43,321 nucleotides of DNA from Chitinophaga sp. (GTDB taxonomy: Bacteria; Bacteroidota; Bacteroidia; Chitinophagales; Chitinophagaceae). The notes beneath the pieces were generated by a model that worked only from the letters and a program-made list of their open reading frames with translations, was not told the DNA's origin and did no database searches. The stretch is from NCBI RefSeq assembly GCF_035564935.1, contig NZ_DATMTE010000013.1, positions 1 to 43,321 on the forward strand. The letters run 5' to 3'. The translations under genes were made by a program, and so were the position numbers. Shown piece after piece: positions 36,901 through 43,321 of the stretch (the first letter of the stretch is position 1; each line of letters starts with the position of its first letter).

Positions 36901-39816
36901 GGTGAGATCAGAAAAGGAAAAATCTATTTCCCGTTGTTTCAATACCACCTGTACTGCCCTTTCAAGGTTTTCATGTACAAAAGAGGTCCTGAGTATTTCA
37001 TGTCTCTTCCCAAGCGCCTGCAGGCATTGCAAAATGATCCGGCTGTCAAGCGCACCCTTTATACTATAAGACATCTGTTCCAGGTAAGCGCCGGAGGCAG
37101 GTGTCAGTAATGACAGGAAAAGCATCCCTTCCTGCATGGGACTGAGCGGATATATCGCTTCTGCATCATATTGCTGTTGCAAAAATGCAAACTGTTCCGG
37201 CGGAAGTCCGGCAGTTATAAAGGCAGCAGTGGATCCGTATTCCGATGTGGTATCTTCTATTATATCCGCTACCGGTTCCAGCACTTCCGCTAATTCGCGG
37301 ATAGTGGGACGATTGAAGATCTCTTTCACACTAACCCGGTATTTTTCACTGTAAAGTTTTGAAGCAATCCGGATAGATTTAATGGAATCCCCACCCAACA
37401 TGAAATAATTATCCAGCACGCCTATCGCCGTTATCCCCAAAACAGCTGTCCATGCGCGGTGAACGGCTTTTTCTTCTTCTGTTACCGGCTCCATCCCTAT
37501 GGTGCCCATAGCTTGCCGGGGTGCGGGCAGCGCATTGATATCAATTTTTCCGTTTGCCGTAACCGGGAATTTGTCCAGCTGTACAAACCCCGAAGGCAGC
37601 ATATAGCCGGGAAGCAGGTCCTTCAGGCCTTCGCGGATATCATCCGGAAGCAGGGGCCTGGTTGCCAGAAAATAAGCGCAGATAAATTTTCTGTCCATCG
37701 CATCATTTCCGGGGATAACTTTGGCCGCAATAATACCGGGTACTTCTTCGAGCGCTTTTTCTATTTCACCCAGTTCAATTCTTGCCCCGTTTACCTTTAC
37801 CTGATTGTCCTGCCTGCCTGAGAATACGATATTACCGTTGGGCAACCAATAACCAATATCCCCGGTATTATAAACGGTTATTCCTTTCCAGGAATCATCT
37901 TCAATGGTGTGTAACCTGAAAAATGCCCTTTCTGTTTTAACAGGGTCATTCAAATAGCCAGCACCTAATCCGGTACCGGCGATATATATTGTACCCGGAT
38001 GACCTACAGGACAAAGCTGTTTTTTCCCGTCAAGGATCAGCATCCTGACATTCCGCAATGGTTTGCCAACCGGGATCAGGGTATACCGGTCAATATTGTC
38101 CCGATGTAACGTATACGTACATACGTCGTCTGAAGCCTCTGCAGGACCATACGCATTCAATATCCGGGTTCCGGGAAAAAGTTCCAGCCATTTCCGGGCT
38201 GTTGGTAAGCTCAGCGAATCCCCTGTGGAGATCAGCCACTTTAAACCAGCGGGCAACAGCAACGGTTCTCTTTCCACCAAATCTGCCAGCGTTTCAATAT
38301 AAGTAGGCACCAGCTCTGTGATGGTGGTACCTGCGCGGCCTATCTCCTCCAGGAACGCCGCAGGATCCATGATAGCTACATCGTCTATAATATGTGTAGT
38401 GGCGCCCACCGAGAGAGCGATGAGGTATTGCATGATGAAGATATCGAAACTACATGCGGCTGTCTGCGCAAAAATATCTGCCGCCGACAGGCCCAATACT
38501 TCTGATACACCGAGCAGGTGATTCTGAAGACCTGTATGTGTTAACACAACTCCTTTGGGTTTCCCGGTTGTTCCGGAGGTATAAACGATGTAGGCAGGCA
38601 TCGGGGGGGAAAGCGGCTCCATAGTCCTGATGTGAGCACCTGTTACCGGCAGCTCCTCCGGCAGGATAAATACCACGGGAATCATCGTACGGAAACGTTG
38701 CGCTGTTTCCTGGTGATGAGATGTTGTAACCAGGAGGGCCGCTCCCGAGTCCGCGATGATCCGCCCGGTACGTTCGGGTGCACCTTCGGCATCCAGCACA
38801 CTCAATACAGCACCGCATTTCAGCACTGCCAGCATAATGGCCAGCTGTTCGATACTCCTGGTACCAAAGGTGATCACGATATGGCCTTGTTGTATTCCTC
38901 TGGCTGTAAGCTCCGCTGCAATCTCATCAGACAGTAGTGCCAGTTGCCTGTAAGTTACACGCCTGTTTTTGTGAATAACGGCAATGGCATCAGGCATTGT
39001 TTCCGCATGCTGCTGAAATGCCTCCGGGAACAGCAGGCCGGTCGCAGCTTCGGGCTGTTGATTGAACCTGTTAAGAATAGTATCTTTTTCTTCCGGGAGT
39101 ATAAAATCAACCGTCAACAGCGATTTGTCGGGATAACGAATACCCTGGGAGATGCTGTTCAGCACATACCTCAGCAGCTGTTGCATCCTTTCTTCCCTGT
39201 AATGCAGCTTATCATATCTCAAAAACAGCTGCAAGCCCGCCGGTGTTGTACGGAGCCGGAAAAAGAGCCCTACCTCCGGCACGCTGTCTGATGGCACCTT
39301 TTGCAGGTCATCATAACTGAATATGATATCGTATAAGCGGCTTCCTGCCGTCTCTGCTAACATCTCAACAGGAAAATGTTTGTATAACAACGCTTCGGAA
39401 AGCCTGCCTGCCAGCTTATTCAGCAACGTCCTGAAAGACTCACTGTCGTTGATAGTTATGCTGAAGGGAATAAATTCATTAAACGGTTCCTGATGATTAT
39501 TTGCCTCGTCCATAGACGGTACACCGGTTACTACCGTATCGTCCTGTATAAAGTAACGCAGCGTATAAGTGATGCCGGTGAGGAAAAGTACAAATACCCG
39601 TGACGGGTCTGTTCCTGCAAAAGCGGCTATTTCCTGCCCCGGTCCGGGTAACACCGGGATGACACATTCCCCATATCCCGGAACACCTCCTGCAAGCGGT
39701 TTATCAAATGCCAGCACGGATTTACGGAACGAATCGCCCAACATCTTTTTCCAGAAAATACGGGCGGGTATATTGTTCTTAAACTCCGTCCGTCTTGCAT
39801 CGCTGTCTCTCTTCAT
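33970..39816 (-). CDS. Bimodular NRPS: partial C (interface-like)-A(Dab predicted)-T-C-A(Orn predicted)-T
   Basis: A1 has NAYGPAEASDDV, code about DIMEITADDK (pyoverdine-type Dab pocket); T1 GGDSI; C YPLSPMQEGML and WSHHHILMDGW (DCL-like); A2 code DVGEIGSIDK (Orn code of GrsB/TycC); T2 GGDSI. ATG at 39816 preferred over the TTG at 39822. Confidence 0.95.
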   Translation of the reverse strand: MKRDSDARRTEFKNNIPARIFWKKMLGDSFRKSVLAFDKPLAGGVPGYGECVIPVLPGPGQEIAAFAGTDPSRVFVLFLTGITYTLRYFIQDDTVVTGVPSMDEANNHQEPFNEFIPFSITINDSESFRTLLNKLAGRLSEALLYKHFPVEMLAETAGSRLYDIIFSYDDLQKVPSDSVPEVGLFFRLRTTPAGLQLFLRYDKLHYREERMQQLLRYVLNSISQGIRYPDKSLLTVDFILPEEKDTILNRFNQQPEAATGLLFPEAFQQHAETMPDAIAVIHKNRRVTYRQLALLSDEIAAELTARGIQQGHIVITFGTRSIEQLAIMLAVLKCGAVLSVLDAEGAPERTGRIIADSGAALLVTTSHHQETAQRFRTMIPVVFILPEELPVTGAHIRTMEPLSPPMPAYIVYTSGTTGKPKGVVLTHTGLQNHLLGVSEVLGLSAADIFAQTAACSFDIFIMQYLIALSVGATTHIIDDVAIMDPAAFLEEIGRAGTTITELVPTYIETLADLVEREPLLLPAGLKWLISTGDSLSLPTARKWLELFPGTRILNAYGPAEASDDVCTYTLHRDNIDRYTLIPVGKPLRNVRMLILDGKKQLCPVGHPGTIYIAGTGLGAGYLNDPVKTERAFFRLHTIEDDSWKGITVYNTGDIGYWLPNGNIVFSGRQDNQVKVNGARIELGEIEKALEEVPGIIAAKVIPGNDAMDRKFICAYFLATRPLLPDDIREGLKDLLPGYMLPSGFVQLDKFPVTANGKIDINALPAPRQAMGTIGMEPVTEEEKAVHRAWTAVLGITAIGVLDNYFMLGGDSIKSIRIASKLYSEKYRVSVKEIFNRPTIRELAEVLEPVADIIEDTTSEYGSTAAFITAGLPPEQFAFLQQQYDAEAIYPLSPMQEGMLFLSLLTPASGAYLEQMSYSIKGALDSRIILQCLQALGKRHEILRTSFVHENLERAVQVVLKQREIDFSFSDLTSEDNPGEMIRMFKEADRANVFDLSAGALMRVKVFRVADNKYEFIWSHHHILMDGWCMSIIVEEFSALYRHYTGKGHYLPASVVPYRNYIKWLSQQPREEGRAFWQEYLSGYTNQVFLPGHITNTPGAFAQQEIICELDESHTAALYQLAKEHQLTISTVIHVLWGILLARYNNVDDVVFGSVVSGRPAALAGAASMLGLFINTVPVRIKTERRTFSQLLESTRDHFLESERYHHIALHEIQALSLLKTELINHLLIFENYPLLSAENDPDETADDYQVFGVEAFEQTNYDLTFTVVPGSRLRFEWAVNTYAYREKEIGKVASHLCMLISEVLKHPDGFVSDFSLLSAGEKEQMLALSTGEHRQYGNGMLVQEIFEEQVNLHGDKTALVFESKRLTYQELNIRVNQLAHYLREKGVQRNRVVGICAGRSIEMVIAVLAVIKSGGAYLPVDADYPAERVSYLLKDSKADVLLTDQVSPPFEGMTIELGDLHLEGYPADNPLPVNTIDDLLYVIYTSGSTGLPKGAMIPQRPFINATYAWRECYQLSAAKTSLLQMAGFSFDVFSGDIARALLNGGKMVICPAAARLDVEHLYRLIRDEGISLFEATPALIVPLMDYVMEQDLDIASLRLLIFGADICRVDQFNRIKSRYGNRLRILNSYGVTEATIDTSYFEGEPQLSAVNGQVPIGRPMPNMRTYVLDQHLQLLPVGMTGELFIGGAGIGNGYLGREELTAARFVNDPFNPGAKMYRTGDRCKWQEDGNLLFLGRDDDQVKIRGHRIATGEIESLLMKYGGVTDVVIVATETAGAAGNLCAYYVAGKKTEPAVLRGWLADRLPAYMVPDHFVHLHQMPLTPNGKVDRKNLPAPVGNTRYEGRLPAGQLETQVTAIWAAVLQRHPDEIRVTDNFFEIGGDSIKIMHIRNKLIKTISKKIAVVKFFELPTIETFCAGLQSETVPETADALEESALGMLTETLKLVGNDE

Positions 39817-39848
39817 AAACAATGTTGAATAACCTGGTAAAAAGTGTT

Positions 39849-41237
39849 TTACTGGATTTCCTGTTCCAGGGCATAGTTGGCCCTTTCGAAAATATCCAGG
39901 AAACGGTCAACCATATTTTTTGTGGTTACGAGCGGTGGGAGAAAACGTATCACGTTATCATAATGCCCGCCTGTTTCAAACAACAGCCCCTTTTGCAGGC
40001 AATTGTTTCTCAGCTTCCCTACGAACTCCGTAAAAGGTTCCTTTGTATTGATATCTTTCACATACTCCAATCCAAACACCAGTCCTCTTCCCCGCACCTC
40101 TCCGATATATTTCGAGCGTTTTTGAATTTCCCTGAGTGCATCCAGCATATATTCTCCAACGGCATTGGCATGTTCAAGTACATTGGTTTCCTGAACAAAA
40201 CGCAGGGCTGCATTACCGGCTGCAATGCTCAACTGATTTCCCCTGAAAGTGCCGGTGTGCGTGGCTTTCGTCCAGATATCCAGTTCCTTACGGATTAATA
40301 GAAGTGCCAATGGCATCCCTATCCCCCCGATTCCTTTGGAAACTGTCACCAGATCGGGAACCGCATTGGTATGCTCAAAAGAGAACAGCTTACCAGAGCG
40401 GTAAAACCCAACCTGTATTTCGTCAAAAATGACCGGAATATGATGGTCATTACCAATCTTAACTACTTCTTCCAGGTATCCTTCACGTGGTATAATGGTT
40501 CCTCCTTCTCCCTGTATAGGCTCAATAATGATGGCACAGGGCGTATCCACACCAGAGCCCGGATTTTCCAGTGCATTTCTCAGGAACCGAGCGCATTCCA
40601 GTTTGCAGCTGTCTGCTTTTTTACCAAATGGACAGCGGTAACAGTAGCTGTATGGGAAAAAGCTGACTTGTCCGCCATGGGCCTTCAGCTGCTTCCTGTT
40701 GTAATCGTTACTGGTTACGCTCAAGGCGGCTGCGGTCATTCCATGGAAAGCACCCTGGAAAGAAAATATGGAATCTCTTTTGGTGTTGATCTTCGCAATT
40801 TTAATGGCAGCCTCCACAGCGTCTGCCCCGGTAGGGCCGCAAAAATTAAACTTTACCTTATCCCGCAATGAATCAGGCAACATGGCATTCAGGTTTTCCA
40901 TGAAGGCGATCTTAATTTCAGTGGGAAAATCAAGTGCATGTATTACCTTATCCATCTGCTGTTGCATCCCTTCCATAATCACGGGGTTATTATGCCCAAG
41001 GTTTACCACTCCACAGCCGGAGAAAAAATCCAGGAAACGGTTGCCGTCCACATCTTCTATAACAGATCCCATAGATGAACGGAAAGCTACCGGCATTGAA
41101 CGGGGATAACTTCTGTTATTACTTTCATACTGTTCCTGCTTATCAAGAAGAACCCGTGAATTTTCACCGGGAATGCTGCCGGAAACAATAGAGGGCGCTT
41201 CACAATAGTGAAAGCTACTGTAATCATACTGCTGCAT
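39849..41237 (-). CDS. dat: Diaminobutyrate--2-oxoglutarate transaminase (class III PLP aminotransferase, Dat/EctB/PvdH family)
   Basis: ESNNRSYPR, LGHNNP, GPTGADAVEAAIK, EPIQGEGG, DEIQVGFYRSG, PLP lysine in SKGIGG, HTGTFRGNQL. Confidence 0.92.
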   Translation of the reverse strand: MQQYDYSSFHYCEAPSIVSGSIPGENSRVLLDKQEQYESNNRSYPRSMPVAFRSSMGSVIEDVDGNRFLDFFSGCGVVNLGHNNPVIMEGMQQQMDKVIHALDFPTEIKIAFMENLNAMLPDSLRDKVKFNFCGPTGADAVEAAIKIAKINTKRDSIFSFQGAFHGMTAAALSVTSNDYNRKQLKAHGGQVSFFPYSYCYRCPFGKKADSCKLECARFLRNALENPGSGVDTPCAIIIEPIQGEGGTIIPREGYLEEVVKIGNDHHIPVIFDEIQVGFYRSGKLFSFEHTNAVPDLVTVSKGIGGIGMPLALLLIRKELDIWTKATHTGTFRGNQLSIAAGNAALRFVQETNVLEHANAVGEYMLDALREIQKRSKYIGEVRGRGLVFGLEYVKDINTKEPFTEFVGKLRNNCLQKGLLFETGGHYDNVIRFLPPLVTTKNMVDRFLDIFERANYALEQEIQ

Positions 41238-41263
41238 AATAAACTTATTAGAAGTTGAACAGA

Positions 41264-43321
41264 TCAGAAACGTATATCCGAAAACAGGTTTGAATGCTTC
41301 TCAGCACTACCATTACCTGCACGAAAATCCCCGACAGGCTGTTGAGGATTCTCAATTACTTTATCAATCAGGCCAGACAAGTCTGATATCAGGTTCTTCA
41401 CCAAACTGTCTGTTAGTTGTGATGGATCATAAGTGAACTTAAAGGAGATCTCATTTACTGTATGAACGCTAACGTCGAGCATATAATTAGTTTGCTCAAA
41501 CAGTTCTCCGGCCAGCATTTCAAAACCTGCTTCCTTCCAATCAGCGGGAAGCTGATAACCAAAATCTTCAAACACAAGGGTATGATCAAACATAGGCGCT
41601 GTACCGGCGGATATCATCTCCCGGATTTCCGGCAGCGGAGTATACTGATAAAGCGTGATATCTCCCGCCTGCTTTTTTACTGCTTCAAACAGTGCAGCAA
41701 AGGACATGTTATTGTTAAAGGTAATTCTTAAGGGAACTGTATTGATAAACAACCCAACAATGACGTCTGCCTGCGGGAGTTCCGGGGGACGGCCCGATAC
41801 GACCAGGCCGAAAACTACATCCCCGCAGTTACCATACTTGCCCAGTAGTATACCCCATAACGCCTGTATTACCATACTGGGTGTCAGCTGCATTTTGCGG
41901 CAAAGGGATTTTAATTGAACCGATTGTTCCGTACTGACTACCAGGTGCCGGCAGGATTGTTCTTCTTTTCCGCAGGGCAGGTCTGCATATGCGGAAAGAA
42001 TGGAGGAACTGTTTGTTGAATATCCTTCAAAATAGGCTTTCCAGAATGACCGCATCTCTTCTTTATTTCCTTTGTCCAGCCAGTTAAGATAATTTTTATA
42101 CTGTGGGGTATCGGTTTCCGGCGCTGTCAATTTTCCGTATTGCTGATATATGTCCAGGAAATCTTTCACCAACAGGTTAATGCACCATCCGTCCATGATA
42201 ATATGATGAAACGACCATATCAGCTCATATTGGTCTGTTGCCAGCTGTAACAATGCGAATCTGATCAGCGGCCCGCTATCCGGCACAAAAGGCTGCCGCC
42301 GGTCGGCCTGCCGGTATTGCTCCACTACTTTCCGCTTTCCTTCCAGGACTACCTGCGCACTCACATCCCGGAAACTGATCAATGGCGGCAATGTTGTCAG
42401 CACTGCCTGAACCGGTTGTTGCAAACCCTTATAAAGAAAAACAGTTCTCAGGCTGTCATGCTTTTCAACCAGCCGGTGCAAAGTATCCCACATCCTGTCC
42501 CGATCTATGCTTCCTTTTAACAGGTAGGAAAACTGTTGGAAATAAGCATTGGAATGCGGATCATACAACCAGTGAAAAAGCATTCCTTCCTGTATACCAC
42601 TCAGCCGGTACAGGTCATCTACCGGGTACTTTTTGCAAATGTTACCGATATTTTCCTGCGACAATTCCCCGTAAGTAAATTGTGGCGGGCCCTGTGAATC
42701 CCTGCCTGTAATGGTCTCCTGTGTTGCCTCTCCTGTTACCTTGCGCACCTGCTGCGCCAATCCTTCTACTGTCGGATAATCAAAAATGTTCTTCATGCTT
42801 ACGCTGTATCCCTGGCTGCGTAAGCGTGACATTACCTGTATGGCCTTAATGGAATCGCCACCCAGTGAGAAAAAGTTTGCTGTTGCCCCGATCTGCTCCC
42901 TGCCCAGTGTAGCAGCCCACACAGCAGCTACCTGCTGCTCGGTTTCTCCCGAAGGGGCGCGGAACAGGTTGTCGGTAAACGACAGTGGCGACGGTAACGC
43001 CTGTACGTCTTTTTTTCCGCTACCTGTTAGCGGAAACGAATCCAGGCGCATTAACACACCAGGCACCATATAATCTGCCAGTTCCCCGGACAGGTAAGCC
43101 CTCAAAAAGGATTCTTCCACTGCTGTTGCACTGGTATAATAGCCACATAAAATATCTTCCCTGAATACCACACAAGCGTCGGATATACCGGGAGCCGCCA
43201 GCATCGCGTATTCTATTTCACCAGGTTCTACGCGGTTGCCACGGATCTTCAGTTGCCGGTCAACCCGGCCAATGTATTCCACATTACCATCGGTCAGCCG
43301 GCGCGCAGGATCTCCCGTCCG
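41264..43321 (-). CDS. NRPS, 5'-truncated by the window: end of A domain-T-C
   Basis: Frame is open to the window edge (RTGDPARRLTDGNVEYIGRVDRQLKIRG); T LGGDSI; C YRLSGIQEGML and WSFHHIIMDGW (DCL-like); ends LFSDIRF. Confidence 0.95.
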   Translation of the reverse strand, partial: RTGDPARRLTDGNVEYIGRVDRQLKIRGNRVEPGEIEYAMLAAPGISDACVVFREDILCGYYTSATAVEESFLRAYLSGELADYMVPGVLMRLDSFPLTGSGKKDVQALPSPLSFTDNLFRAPSGETEQQVAAVWAATLGREQIGATANFFSLGGDSIKAIQVMSRLRSQGYSVSMKNIFDYPTVEGLAQQVRKVTGEATQETITGRDSQGPPQFTYGELSQENIGNICKKYPVDDLYRLSGIQEGMLFHWLYDPHSNAYFQQFSYLLKGSIDRDRMWDTLHRLVEKHDSLRTVFLYKGLQQPVQAVLTTLPPLISFRDVSAQVVLEGKRKVVEQYRQADRRQPFVPDSGPLIRFALLQLATDQYELIWSFHHIIMDGWCINLLVKDFLDIYQQYGKLTAPETDTPQYKNYLNWLDKGNKEEMRSFWKAYFEGYSTNSSSILSAYADLPCGKEEQSCRHLVVSTEQSVQLKSLCRKMQLTPSMVIQALWGILLGKYGNCGDVVFGLVVSGRPPELPQADVIVGLFINTVPLRITFNNNMSFAALFEAVKKQAGDITLYQYTPLPEIREMISAGTAPMFDHTLVFEDFGYQLPADWKEAGFEMLAGELFEQTNYMLDVSVHTVNEISFKFTYDPSQLTDSLVKNLISDLSGLIDKVIENPQQPVGDFRAGNGSAEKHSNLFSDIRF

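Larger units (their letters stand above)
249..43321 (-). other. Hybrid NRPS/type I PKS biosynthetic gene cluster (3' part; continues past the right edge)
   Basis: 14 consecutive minus-strand genes with gaps of about 100 bp or less, or overlaps (NRPS stop at 33970-33972 overlaps the PKS start at 33980); megasynthases interleaved with tailoring, precursor-supply and export genes. Confidence 0.97.

Noticed and set aside
39849-41237. Ectoine biosynthesis (ectB)
   Set aside because: No ectA/ectC neighbours; the context indicates Dab supply to the NRPS.
249-43321. Identity with occidiofungin, odilorhabdin, paenilamicin or cephabacin clusters; also mobile elements, CRISPR arrays, RNA genes or RiPP precursors
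   Set aside because: Only isolated building blocks are shared and the module order differs. No transposase, repeat array or RNA gene was seen, and the spacers are too short for extra genes.

Overview
The whole window is the distal ~43 kb of one co-oriented (minus-strand), tightly packed hybrid NRPS/PKS biosynthetic gene cluster that continues beyond the right edge. The short AT-rich spacers, lack of obvious Shine-Dalgarno motifs and the large MacB/FtsX-type permease suggest a Bacteroidota (Chitinophaga-like) host, but that is inference. Transcription order, right to left: partial NRPS (..A-T-C); Dab aminotransferase; NRPS (halfC-A[Dab]-T-C-A[Orn]-T); PKS/NRPS (KS-AT-KR-ACP-C); NRPS (dock-C-A[Ser]-T-C-A[Asn]-T-C-A[?]-T); SyrP/TauD hydroxylase; ABC permease (C-terminal frameshift); stand-alone C domain; GT2; NRPS (halfC-A[Asn]-T-C-degenerate A-T); two more GT2s; a TauD::class II aldolase fusion; and a last NRPS (dock-halfC-A[non-amino-acid pocket]-T-dead TE). 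I do not recognise the cluster as a characterised one. Its most unusual features are: a TE lacking all three catalytic residues; an Arg-rich A domain lacking the amino-binding Asp; a hydroxylase-aldolase fusion next to that A domain; three GGDSI carrier/DCL-type junctions with no epimerase; docking signals implying non-colinear assembly; and three glycosyltransferases. The predicted product (inference) is a cationic, beta-hydroxylated, glycosylated peptide-polyketide containing a statine-like Orn-derived unit. Specificity codes were read by eye against GrsA numbering, and domain boundaries are approximate.
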